A stretch of DNA of 39,740 nt from Octopus bimaculoides (taxonomy: Eukaryota). Shown one piece after another: positions 12,040-24,399 of the stretch; position 1 is the stretch's first letter; each line of letters begins with the position of its first letter. The DNA lies in the NCBI RefSeq assembly GCF_001194135.2, contig NC_068998.1, forward strand, positions 40,999,193 to 41,038,932. The letters are read 5' to 3'. The position numbers and the translations under genes were made by a program. The notes beneath the pieces were generated by a model. It did not search any database and was not told where the DNA came from. It saw nothing but the letters and a program-made list of their open reading frames with translations.

Positions 12040-12490
12040 TAGAGTGGTAATAAAAATCAAAGCGGTGACACCGGAAAAAAACACTTTGGAATAAACTTCA
12101 TTAGCTTATAGCTGTGTCTGCTATAACATGTGGTAGACTCCTAATTGAATAACTGGATAATATCCTATAGTTTCAGCTGAGCCCTGACTATGAAGTGTGC
12201 TTTATGTGGGAAAGTTACATGTTCAGAACATACAGGCATTATGAATGAGGAAGTTTATGTTGATGGTTATTGAAAGTTCTATCCCAGGGTAGGAGAAAAT
12301 ACGCCTGTATGTCCTGAAAATGTAACTTTCCCAAATAAAGTCTACTTCACATTCAACGCTCTGATGAAGCTATAGAATGTTATCCTGGTACTTAACTAAG
12401 AGTCCGCCAAATCCTATTGCAGAAACAGCTGTAAGCTAATGAAGTTCATTACATAACATTTGGTTTTTACCGCTTTCATCTTTTTGTTTT
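12040..12490. mobile_element. Foldback (long inverted repeat) non-autonomous element, possibly Penelope-derived
   Basis: Arms at about 12055-12240 and 12300-12480 are reverse complements, e.g. gggaaagttacatgttcagaacatacaggc vs gcctgtatgtcctgaaaatgtaactttccc. The spacer is about 60 bp. Confidence 0.8.
12358..12436 (+). ncRNA. Candidate degenerate type-I hammerhead ribozyme motif
   Basis: gct-CTGATGA-a-gctatagaat...atcctattgc-a-GAA-ACAGCTGT-A-agc: intact core, imperfect helix II, palindromic helix III, GUA triplet, 3-bp helix I. Confidence 0.5.
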
Positions 12491-13347
12491 ATATATATAT
12501 ATACGAATCAAAGGATAAAAAGAAATTGTGTACAGAACCATTCACGGTTGTTAAAATATACTCCTACCATTATCCAGATTACCGCGCTTGCCATTACAGC
12601 AAAAGTGATCTGGCACGTTCCGTCTACATAAATTAACGTAAATATCAATACGCAAACTATTTTGTATTTTATCAATCCAGTCTGTTACAGAAGAATCCTT
12701 GATATTTCGTAGTATTTAACCCAAGGCTGTGAAAGATCATTTCATGTTTTATTTATTATTTAACATTTAACGTCACTTTCACACTGAAAACTCCCATGCT
12801 ATTTTAATTTGAAGACACCTACAGCATACTAACGTTAGTGCATGATAAAGTAAATGGTTAAGATTTTTCCATTATAGACATTGAAATCAAATTATAGTAG
12901 GCACTTAAGAAGCATGATGTATGTCTATGTATGTATATATGTGTGTATGTGTATGTGTGCGTGTGTGTTAGTATGTATATATATATATATATATATNNNN
13001 NNNNNNNNNNNNNNNNNNNNNATATATATGTATTTATATACATACATGAGTGTGTATATGAAGAAGTAGATATGCGTGTGTGTGTGTGCGTTTTTAAGAT
13101 ATATATAATGTATATGTATCTGCATTTGTTAAAATGTACGTCTCTGTGTAAGGACAAGCGAGATGATGAGAAAGGTACACATGCGTGGATTGACGGAGAA
13201 GAAGAGGGGCGTCATGGGGAGAAAGCAAGAATTGAACAAGAGGAGCAAATTGAACATAAGCAACCAATGATAAATACGAAAAATAGATGGATGGATGGAT
13301 AGATGGTGAGAAAGAATGAGAGAGGAGTATATATATATATATATACA

Positions 13348-13750
<403 letters not shown>

Positions 13751-13995
13751 ATAACGAAATGATGCAGAGTGGAGATTTCGAAAAACTTGAAGACATTAAG
13801 AAAAGACCGAGTCTCTGAAGTCACAGAAGGGGGCTGGAAGACCCTTAAGAACAAGGCCCAAATAACATACAGATGTAAAGGTGGATCACGGCGTATTTAA
13901 TGTAAACCTGTTCCCAAAACAGCACGAAACAAATGCTGAGATCTCTGAGCTAACAATAAGTATTAACTACGAGATGACACTTGGTGGCTGATGAG

Positions 13996-14025
13996 TGATA
14001 AAGACCCTGTCAAGGGTCTTTATCA
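13996..14025. repeat. Perfect 13-bp hairpin
   Basis: tgataaagaccct-gtca-agggtctttatca. Confidence 0.85.
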
Positions 14026-14364
14026 ATAATTGAGATATGAGGGCCAATTTGCTAGAGATTCCTTTATTTCTTTACAATTACGTAACAGCTGTTTCGTTAA
14101 TATTTTATTTATATTATGTTTGCCTTTTCATGATTCGTTGTTTTTTCTTTACTTCTTTAACTTATTAGACTTATTGCAAAGGAGAATTTGTGGATATGAA
14201 TGCTGTAGGCTCTCAAATATTAGACAGATCGATTAGACTAATGTTCGATCTGTACTTGCTGAACGACAGCTAATGTTATTTACTTGAGTTTATTGCTTTA
14301 CTGATCAAAAAATTTCAGCGTCACTATCAAAAGCAACAATATCAGCAAGAACAAAATCGGCAAC

Positions 14365-14366
<2 letters not shown>

Positions 14367-14415
<49 letters not shown>

Positions 14416-14424
14416 CGACAGCAA

Positions 14425-14455
<31 letters not shown>

Positions 14456-14565
14456 AAGTGTTTCAAAATTAACAGCGACGACGACAACAACAACAACAAT
14501 AACAAAAAATAACTAGAACAACATCAGCAGCAACAACAAAAATTATGACAATATCAATGCAAAAC

Positions 14566-14600
<35 letters not shown>
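14367..14600. repeat. (CAA)n and (CAT)n trinucleotide runs
   Basis: Visible runs. Confidence 0.9.
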
Positions 14601-14601
<1 letters not shown>

Positions 14602-14864
14602 GCCATTCGCATCAAATTAACAAGAACAATGACAGAAAGCAACAGCAATTCCAATCATACACTGCAGCAACTAAAACTGGGGAGTGTTGGGGGTCGTAAC
14701 TCGCTGAAGAAAGAAGGAAACAAAAGAAGATGAATGAATGACAGTCAATGATTAATTTGAGTTCTATCTGTTTCTCTTGGGATTTCATTTTCAAGTATTG
14801 GTTTTACACACTCACACACACACACACACGTAACACACCTATACACACATGCACACACACACAT

Positions 14865-14906
<42 letters not shown>

Positions 14907-14910
14907 GCCA

Positions 14911-14986
14911 TCCAGTCTGAAGATCGAACCTACAATCTACCAATCGTGAGGGCAACACGCTAACGACTAGGTCCCCTGCCTTCACC
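14911..14986 (-). mobile_element. SINE family C head fragment
   Basis: Diverged homology to the tRNA-like head at 18141-18216. Confidence 0.55.
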
Positions 14987-15362
14987 ATATATATGCGCAG
15001 GATGAAAAACTTTCATTGCGGAGAGACCTTTTGAACACCCTGCTCAAAAAAAAACAAAAAAAAAACGACAATGCCTTGACGTTTAGGACGTAGGCCTTTC
15101 TTCAAAAGATCGAGCGAGAGAGGAGTAAAGAAAATAAACGGAAAGAATATATAAAAAAACATTAAATGGAAGGTAAATGAACGCGAGTATTGTTAAATGA
15201 AATCTATTTTGAGAAAACCATATACACATAGCATACAGAAAGCTGCCTGAGGTAGTTTATATATATATATACTGTATATATACATATGTTAGTTATACAC
15301 TTACATACAATGGGATTGATACATAAGCATACACACACACACGCATACATACACACAGACAT

Positions 15363-15608
15363 ACACACGTAATCTTGATTCTTTCTTAATAGTGCAGATG
15401 TGTTTTTTGTTTTCAAAAACCCAATTCAAAACAACCTTAAACACCACTGATAGTGAGATTCTCAAAGACGCAGACGACCAAAGAACAAGAATCACAGATA
15501 TTTGGTAATTCGCTCTCTTGTTTCACTTTGATCAACTTCGTATTTACTTTGAGGATTTCATTTACCAAAAGTTCAATCAATCAGATAACAATGGATGATA
15601 TCATTCTA
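15363..15608. repeat. Unclassified ~250-bp dispersed unit, copy 2 of 3
   Basis: Aligns with copies 1 and 3. Confidence 0.85.
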
Positions 15609-16090
15609 TCATATCGCTATGTATGCGTGTGTATGTATGTAAATTCGTCTGTACGTATGTGTGTCTGTGTGTCTGTGTGTATATATATTTGTTTGTATGT
15701 ATGTATGCATGTATATATGTATATGTATATGTATAAGCACACATATACATATATAAATACATACACGCACATTTATACATATATATTTATACATTTGCAT
15801 TCATACATACATACACTCACACACATACACTTACAAACGCACACATATGTATCGATAAGCCACGTTTCTAACAACATAAGTAGACCTCAGTATCGTTGGA
15901 GTTAGAAAGATAAATGTAGCAAATGACACAAGTATGGCACACTTACATTCGGATCTCTAAGTTTCTCGACAGTGATTTATTCTTGTTTATTTATACTAAG
16001 TAATTCAGCTGATGCAAACATGTTTAATACAGGAGAAAACTGAAATGTAAATATCTCATGCCTGTACCATTTACCACACACACACACACA

Positions 16091-16130
<40 letters not shown>

Positions 16131-17033
16131 NNNNNNNNNNNNNNNNNNNNNNNNNNNNNNNNNNNNNNNNNNNNNNNNNNNNNNNNNNNNNNNNNNNNNN
16201 NNNNNNNNNNNNNNNNNNNNNNNNNNNNNNNNNNNNNNNNNNNNNNNNNNNNNNNNNNNNNNNNNNNNNNNNNNNNNNNNNNNNNNNNNNNNNNNNNNNN
16301 NNNNNNNNNNNNNNNNNNNNNNNNNNNNNNNNNNNNNNNNNNNNNNNNNNNNNNNNNNNNNNNNNNNNNNNNNNNNNNNNNNNNNNNNNNNNNNNNNNNN
16401 NNNNNNNNNNNNNNNNNNNNNNNNNNNNNNNNNNNNNNNNNNNNNNNNNNNNNNNNNNNNNNNNNNNNNNNNNNNNNNNNNNNNNNNNNNNNNNNNNNNN
16501 NNNNNNNNNNNNNNNNNNNNNNNNNNNNNNNNNNNNNNNNNNNNNNNNNNNNNNNNNNNNNNNNNNNNNNNNNNNNNNNNNNNNNNNNNNNNNNNNNNNN
16601 NNNNNNNNNNNNNNNNNNNNNNNNNNNNNNNNNNNNNNNNNNNNNNNNNNNNNNNNNNNNNNNNNNNNNNNNNNNNNNNNNNNNNNNNNNNNNNNNNNNN
16701 NNNNNNNNNNNNNNNNNNNNNNNNNNNNNNNNNNNNNNNNNNNNNNNNNNNNNNNNNNNNNNNNNNNNNNNNNNNNNNNNNNNNNNNNNNNNNNNNNNNN
16801 NNNNNNNNNNNNNNNNNNNNNNNNNNNNNNNNNNNNNNNNNNNNNNNNNNNATATATATATATATACATACATAGGTATGGTGATCCATGCATACATACA
16901 TATATACACACACACATCACACATACACACAAGTAATTACACTGATAAAGAATCTAAATATAACACCTTGAGTCGAAGTTTGTATCATTTGAGCTCTACT
17001 ATACTGAGAATCTTTGGATTTCGTCTGTTGACT

Positions 17034-17328
17034 AGGCAGCGAGCTGGCAGAATCGTTAGCACGCCGGGCGAAATGCTTAGCGGTATTTCGCCTGCCGTTA
17101 CGTTCTGAGTTCAAATTCCGCCGAGGTCGACTTTGCCTTTCATCCTTTCGGGGTGGATAAATTAAGTACCAGTTACGCACTGGGGTCGATATAATCGACT
17201 TAATCCGTTNNNNNNNNNNGATAAATTAAGTACCAGTTACGCACTGGGGTCGATATAATCGACTTAATCCGTTTCTCTGCCCTTGTTTGTTCCCTCTATG
17301 TTTAGCCCCTTGTGGGCAATAACGAAAT
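17034..17328 (+). mobile_element. SINE family A, tail type 2
   Basis: Near-canonical body, then ttgtttgttccctctatgtttagccccttgtgggcaataacgaaa. About 55 bp is duplicated across the 10-N gap. Confidence 0.9.
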
Positions 17329-17515
17329 AGGTATTTCGCCTGCCGTTACGTTCTGAGTTCAAATTCCGCCGAGGTCGATTTTGCCTTTCATCATTTTGGG
17401 GGTCGATTAAATAAGTACCAGTTGCGCACTGGAGTCGATGTAATCGACTTAATCCCTTTGTCTGTCCATGTTTGTTCCTTCTATGTTTAGCCTGTGGGCA
17501 ATAAAGAAATATATA
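17329..17515 (+). mobile_element. SINE family A, 5'-truncated tandem copy, tail type 2
   Basis: Starts ggtatttcgcctgccgttacg and ends gcctgtgggcaataaagaaat. Confidence 0.9.
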
Positions 17516-17569
17516 TANNNNNNNNNNCCTTCTATGTTTAGCCTGTGGGCAATAAAGAAATATATATAA

Positions 17570-17622
<53 letters not shown>

Positions 17623-17832
17623 TACATATATAACTCTAAGTTACAAATAAAGATGATAGGGCAGGAGGATTCACAAGAAAGAATAAACGAGAGGAAGATG
17701 GATGCAAAGTGAAAGGGTGAAAGAAATAGTCAAAGGGGAAATAGTTCTAATTCTTCCTTATTTTCTGTTTGTCTGTCTGTCTGTCTATCTATCAATCTAT
17801 CTCTCCCTCCCTCTCTCCATCTCTTTACAAAT

Positions 17833-18219
17833 GATGTTGGCACTCCGTCGCTTACGACGTCGCGGGTTCCAGTTGATCCGATCAACGGAACAGCCTGCTC
17901 GTGAAATTAACGTGCAAGTGGCTGAGCACTCCACAGACACGTGTACCCTTATCTTAGTTCTCGGGGATATTTAGCGTGACACAATGTGACAAGGCTGACC
18001 CTTTGAATTACAGGTACAACAGAAACAGGAAGTAAGAGTGAGAGAAAGTTGTGGTGAAAGAGTACAGTAGGGTTCGCCACCATCCCCTGCCGGAACCTCG
18101 TGGAGCTTTAGGTGTTTTCGCTCAATAAACACTCACAACGCCCGGTCTGAGAATCGAAACCGCGATCCTATGACTGCGAGTCCGCTGCCCTAACCACTGG
18201 GCCATTGCGCCTCCACTCA
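17833..18219 (-). mobile_element. SINE family C, apparently full length with 10-bp target-site duplication
   Basis: Minus-strand head gtggaggcgcaatggcccagtggttagggc...ggtttcgattctc has Pol III A- and B-box-like motifs. The direct repeat ctttacaaat lies at 17823-17832 and 18220-18229. Confidence 0.85.
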
Positions 18220-18383
18220 CTTTACAAATTTATATAATATTCATAATTTCTTTGCTCTTCTTTTCAATTCTTGCTTTCTTCTCACCGGTCCTTCAAACTC
18301 CTATCAACCTACTCACCCATATTGCTCTCATTATTCTTTGATTAATCCTATTCTCCCTCACCACTCACACATTCACACACATT

Positions 18384-18688
18384 CACACGTAATCTTGATT
18401 CTCAGATGTTTTCTTTTTTTTTTTATTCCAAAAGATATTTCAAAACAAAACTTAAGCACAGCTGATAGTGAGCTTCCCAAACATTCAGACTACCAAAGAA
18501 CAAGAATCACAGAGATTTGACAATTCTGTCTGCCTCCGTCTCTGGCTCCATCTCTTTCTCTTTCTCTCTCTCTCTACATCCCCCTCTCTCACTATTGTTT
18601 CACTTTCATCAGCTTGGAATCTACTTTGATGTCTTGATTTACCAAAAGTTGAATCAGTCAGATAAGATATCAATGAAGTACATTATTC
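18384..18688. repeat. Unclassified dispersed unit, copy 3 of 3, with internal CT-rich expansion
   Basis: Aligns with copies 1 and 2; about 70 bp of CT-rich sequence is inserted near 18525-18590. Confidence 0.8.
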
Positions 18689-19631
18689 AAGCGCACAATA
18701 TTGTATACACATACATACATACAATACATACATACATACATACATACGTGCGTACATACATATATACATAAACACACATATATACATACAAGCATGCATA
18801 CATGCACACACATATATATCTGGATAGATGTATACTTCCNNNNNNNNNNNNNNNNNNNNNNNNNNNNNNNNNNNNNNNNNNNNNNNNNNNNNNNNNNNNN
18901 NNNNNNNNNNNNNNNNNNNNNNNNNNNNNNNNNNNNNNNNNNNNNNNNNNNNNNNNNNNNNNNNNNNNNNNNNNNNNNNNNNNNNNNNNNNNNNNNNNNN
19001 NNNNNNNNNNNNNNNNNNNNNNNNNNNNNNNNNNNNNNNNNNNNNNNNNNNNNNNNNNNNNNNNNNNNNNNNNNNNNNNNNNNNNNNNNNNNNNNNNNNN
19101 NNNNNNNNNNNNNNNNNNNNNNNNNNNNNNNNNNNNNNNNNNNNNNNNNNNNNNNNNNNNNNNNNNNNNNNNNNNNNNNNNNNNNNNNNNNNNNNNNNNN
19201 NNNNNNNNNNNNNNNNNNNNNNNNNNNNNNNNNNNNNNNNNNNNNNNNNNNNNNNNNNNNNNNNNNNNNNNNNNNNNNNNNNNNNNNNNNNNNNNNNNNN
19301 NNNNNNNNNNNNNNNNNNNNNNNNNNNNNNNNNNNNNNNNNNNNNNNNNNNNNNNNNNNNNNNNNNNNNNNNNNNNNNNNNNNNNNNNNNNNNNNNNNNN
19401 NNNNNNNNNNNNNNNNNNNNNNNNNNNNNNNNNNNNNNNNNNNNNNNNNNNNNNNNNNNNNNNNNNNNNNNNNNNNNNNNNNNNNNNNNNNNNNNNNNNN
19501 NNNNNNNNNNNNNNNNNNNNNNNNNNNNNNNNNNNNNNNNNNNNNNNNNNNNNNNNNNNNNNNNNNNNNNNNNNNNNNNNNNNNNNNNNNNNNNNNNNNN
19601 NNNNNNNNNNNNNNNNNNNNNNNNNNNNNNN

Positions 19632-19659
19632 TCTTCTTCTTCTTCTTCTTCTTCTTCTT

Positions 19660-19688
<29 letters not shown>
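19632..19688. repeat. (CTT)n microsatellite
   Basis: Visible run. Confidence 0.95.
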
Positions 19689-19692
<4 letters not shown>

Positions 19693-19765
19693 GCTGTTTT
19701 ATTCCTGTGTTTCGTTTCTTTGTCTTCGTCTTCTGCTTGTTATTGCTACTCTTTTACTCTTTTAC

Positions 19766-19810
19766 TTGTTTCAGTCTTTTGACTGTGGCCATGCTGGAGC
19801 ACCGCCTTTA
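19766..19810 (-). mobile_element. SINE family B 3'-end fragment
   Basis: tttcagtcttttgactgtggccatgctggagcaccgcc is the reverse complement of the family B tail. Confidence 0.75.
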
Positions 19811-19825
19811 TTAAAAAGAAACCTG

Positions 19826-19861
19826 TGCATCGTCCGGGAAACGAACCCGGGCCGCCCGCGT
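19826..19861 (-). pseudogene. 3' half of tRNA-Gly (GCC-type)
   Basis: Minus strand acgcgggcggcccgggttcgtttcccggacgatgca matches tRNA-Gly positions about 37-73 (anticodon 3' stem, T-arm GGTTCG, acceptor TGCA). It has no CCA and is followed by caggtttcTTTTT. Confidence 0.75.
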
Positions 19862-20359
19862 AAAAAAAAACAAACAAACAACAAAAAAACAAGAACAAAG
19901 TTACCGAATCATTTCAAGTGTCGATTAAGAAGCTCAGATCGAACGTCAACCGTATCGATCTTCTCAGTGGAGTTCCTCTATCAGTCATGACTTGGCTGAG
20001 GTTGGTGGTGCCGAGGATGGGCATTGTCCCTCTTTTCCAACAATTTAATAAAAAAAAACAACAACAGAAAAACAGCAAAAATGCAAAAGAAAAGGGAGCA
20101 AAGACAAACAACATACCAAAACAAAAACGCCAACGTGTGCATCGTCATGTGATCGACGAAGCTTTTAGAAAAATGGCCGCCAAATCAGTCTTAGAAGACA
20201 CCTTCCTAACATATTAGAATTAATAGTTACACACTGTATTACGTAGATGGACGATGCTTGAAAGATAAAGAATTATGTAAAGACAGGGATTGTTTGCAAT
20301 TGGTATGTCTTTGATCAATGCTTTAATCGACCAGGGATGACTTTGAAGGTGTATAAGCA

Positions 20360-20365
20360 AGATGA

Positions 20366-20397
<32 letters not shown>

Positions 20398-20795
20398 ATG
20401 GTGGTGGTGATGATGGTGATGGTGGTGATGGTAGTGGTGGTGATGGTGGTGATGATTGTGATGGTGGTGATGGTGGTGACGAGGATGATCGTCATGACCA
20501 CTATAATGAAGGGGGGGGGGTGATGATGAAGGCAATGACAATGATGGGGATAATGATGATGATGATGGTGATGGTGGTGGTGATGGTGGTGACGATGATG
20601 ATGGTGATGGTGATGATGGTGGTGGTGGCGGTAGTGTTGATGATGATGATGATGATGGTGGTGGTGATGGTGGTGGTGGTGGTGGTGATGATGATGATGA
20701 TGATGATAATGATGATGATGATGATGAGAATGATAGTGGTTGTGGTGTTGAAATTGATGGTAATGATGATGATGATAATGGTGGTGGTGATGATA

Positions 20796-20858
<63 letters not shown>

Positions 20859-21000
20859 CGGATTAGGATGATCGTCACGACCACTATAATGAAGGTGGTA
20901 GTGACGATGATGAAGGCGATGCTGCTGCTGCTGCTGATGATGATGATAATGATAATGATGGTGATGACGGTGATGAGGATGACGGTGATGATGATGAGGA
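20360..21000. repeat. Compound (GAT)n/(GGT)n trinucleotide block
   Basis: Visible; source of the poly-M, poly-H and poly-I ORFs. Confidence 0.95.
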
Positions 21001-21324
21001 AGATCTTGATTTCCATAATTCTGAACAACAGCAATAACAACGATAATGACAACGAACAACAACAGCAACATTGTATAAATGTCAAGATTTTCGAAATAGA
21101 GAAAATGCTCGAAATACCAATCAAGATGTAAACCAAATAAAAAAAATAAAGTAGGAAAAAAATAAAAAGAAATTAAAAATACATAAAAAAAATTAAAAGA
21201 AATTAAAAATACATAAAAAAAAATATTGCAGACAAAAATGAAATCTTATTCAGACGAACTGTTGTGTCTTTGGTTTCCATAAAGTTGTATGGCATGGAAA
21301 CACATAGCATTGATAATAATGATA

Positions 21325-21352
21325 GCAGTAGCAGCAGCAGCGGCAGCAGCAA

Positions 21353-21387
<35 letters not shown>

Positions 21388-21480
21388 GCAGCAACAACAA
21401 CAACATCAACAGAAGCAACAACAACAACTACAATAATAATGATAATAAAAATAATGTTATCAATAAGAAAATTAATAAAA

Positions 21481-21542
<62 letters not shown>

Positions 21543-21560
21543 GTAATAATAATAATAATA
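21325..21560. repeat. (CAG)n, (CAA)n and (AAT)n runs
   Basis: Visible runs. Confidence 0.95.
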
Positions 21561-21599
21561 TTAATATTTAGCTCCCTTGAGGGCAACAAAGAAATAGCT

Positions 21600-21940
21600 G
21601 TTCGGTCAACAGGAGTCTTTAGGATCTGGATGTCTTTACAGGCTCCACCCGATTACTTTTTGTGGGTCACCTTTGTGTTACCACATATTCGTACTGTTCC
21701 ACAAAAGTAACAACTGTGCTCTGGTCAGTGGAGATGACATCCAAAACACATCGGCCAAGACTTCCTCGAAGTCCTTCTTCTAGGACATGCAAAATCCATT
21801 CTGTTTTTTTTTTTGGCAAAACAGAGGTATGCCACTTTCCTCCTCACTCTTTTCTGTATAAATGCGTTGGGCAAGGAGGTACCAGCCTTTGTTACATACT
21901 TCGTTCGATCCTTTTCCTAGCGCTGGCTTAAGCCCAGTGA
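21600..21940 (-). mobile_element. Possible degenerate L1/Tx1 ORF1-like fragment
   Basis: GC-richer island; frameshifted minus-strand peptides KRVRRKVA and EWILHVLEEGLRG are only loosely reminiscent of Tx1 ORF1. Confidence 0.25.
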
Positions 21941-22239
21941 CTTCTTTTCTCTCACAACATTTGCAAATTATAGAATGCTATTGTTGCTTTTATCACTGTT
22001 GTTAATATTGGTGTGTCCACTGAAATTAACATTCTGTGTGTCTTGTATCTGTTGTACAAATGTGTCGAAAACGGAAGCTCCTTCTCTGTTTGATTTATTT
22101 TCGTTTGAAATTAATTTGGTGGGTAGGGTAGGTCGCGTTTTGTTTACGTTACTACTATCATCGTCACTAAAACGAGTTGTTCTTTCTGTCACTACTGAGT
22201 CGGCCATCTTCTACTGGGCATACAATATCATCTTCAACA

Positions 22240-22620
22240 CCACCACCACCACCACCACCACCACCACCACCACCACTGACNNNNNNNNNNNNNNNNNNNN
22301 NNNNNNNNNNNNNNNNNNNNNNNNNNNNNNNNNNNNNNNNNNNNNNNNNNNNNNNNNNNNNNNNNNNNNNNNNNNNNNNNNATCAACAACAGTTAGCAAC
22401 AGCAGCAGCAGCACCACCACCACCACCACCACCACTGACTACACTGCCGCCGCCGCCACTGTCACCACATCACCACTACCACTATTATCATTGTCATCAT
22501 CGTCGTCGTCATCATTCTCCTCATCAACAACAGTTAGCAACAGCAGCAGCAGCACCACCACCACCACCACCACCACCAGCAGCAGCATCACCACCACCAA
22601 CAACAACAATGACAGCAATA
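22240..22620. repeat. (CAC)n/(CAG)n block with duplicated ~55-bp unit
   Basis: atcaacaacagttagcaacagcagcagcagcaccaccacc occurs at about 22382 and 22523. Confidence 0.85.
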
Positions 22621-23167
22621 CTAATAACAACGAAAAATAATATTAACAGTATCAATAATACTATTCAAATTTTGCTAAACATGTCATATCAACATTTTTT
22701 ATTATCGTTTCCGTGATATTTTTTTTCTATATTCTTTGTACCAAAACTTCAGACTCAGATAACCACAAATACAGAAACACATAAACAACTCATTTATTTC
22801 ATCACATATTTTTCTTTGTCTCTTGTTCAAAATCCATATTTGTCTTCAGTTATACAAAATGGAAGTGTAAAAAAAAAGAGAGAAAAGAATACAGATACAT
22901 ACACACTAACACACACAATCACACACTCTCACTCACATACACACATACGCACGCACAGAGGTAGACACAAAATTTGCTTTCAAAATCATCTGTAAAACAG
23001 TTCAGCTGTGTATTTTCTTATCAAACATAATTCAATTAAGCAGAAAAAAAAAGAAAAAATCGTTGGCGGTATGTTTTCTTATAGTTGCAGTCGGCAAGTG
23101 TCTTATCTTTGGACGTACTCTGTGCGCATGCACGCGCGTGTGAGTGTATGTAAGTATACGTGTGTGT

Positions 23168-23202
<35 letters not shown>

Positions 23203-23795
23203 AATGACGACGGTGACCCCAACGACGACGATGATAATGACATATACACATATATATGCTCACATATATACAGACACACACATATATGAAAGTTGAGTTG
23301 CATCGAACAAATAAGAGAGTAGTGCTCAATACTTATTGTAGAGTATATATATGTATATATAAATGTATACGTATATATATATATATATATATATATATNN
23401 NNNNNNNNNNNNNNNNNNNNNNNNNNNNNNNNNNNNNNNNNNNNNNNNNNNNNNNNNNNNNNNNNNNNNNNNNNNNNNNNNNNNNNNNNNNNNNNNNNNN
23501 NNNNNNNNNNNNNNNNNNNNNNNNNNNNNNNNNNNNNNNNNNNNNNNNNNNNNNNNNNNNNNNNNNNNNNNNNNNNNNNNNNNNNNNNNNNNNNNNNNNN
23601 NNNNNNNNNNNNNNNNNNNNNNNNNNNNNNNNNNNNNNNNNNNNNNNNNNNNNNNNNNNNNNNNNNNNNNNNNNNNNNNNNNNNNNNNNNNNNNNNNNNN
23701 NNNNNNNNNNNNNNNNNNNNNNNNNNNNNNNNNNNNNNNNNNNNNNNNNNNNNNNNNNNNNNNNNNNNNNNNNNNNNNNNNNNNNNNNNNNNNNN

Positions 23796-23841
<46 letters not shown>

Positions 23842-24399
23842 GTTTGTACGTATGTACGTATGGATGCATCTATATATGTGTCTATAATTTTATACTGAAA
23901 TTGAATCGGGGTGATTGTCTCGGGAATTGAATTTATTAACAGATCATAAACAAATTCATAACAGCCCCACCTAGAATTGCAAGGAATACTGACACCATAC
24001 CACAGAAATAACTCATGCAATCGATGAAAACTAATGAATAAGAATAAGCATAAAACCACTCACCTACACCAACGGATATATAAAGATATCCTACCAATAC
24101 CGTGTTGAAATAGTTTCGCCCCAAGATTGTTGCGGAGTGAAACTCGAGTCTCGAGACTAACTCTCAACTTGAGGTTCAATAAAAAAAATCATATCCTCTA
24201 CAACATATATTAAGCACTCCCCTCTCATTTGTCCTATATATAGTAATGTATACACACACACACGCGCCCGCACACACGCGCCCGCACACACGCACACACA
24301 CACACTGAAATGTATATGTATACACAGACACACATTCAAATATATATGTATGCACACACACACACACACGCACATATGATAAAATAGAATTCATAGAGG

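Noticed and set aside
17155-17272. 55-bp direct repeat within a SINE
   Set aside because: It is identical on both sides of a 10-N gap, typical of unmerged contig overlap. The same applies to 17476-17570 and the repeat around the gap at 7115-7124.
19918-20217. 99-aa ORF MSIKKLRSN...
   Set aside because: The central part is an A-rich low-complexity tract, and there is no recognisable domain.
20220-21136. Long poly-His, poly-Met and poly-Ile ORFs
   Set aside because: GAT/GGT trinucleotide arrays are stop-free in several frames by construction; there is no splice or start context.
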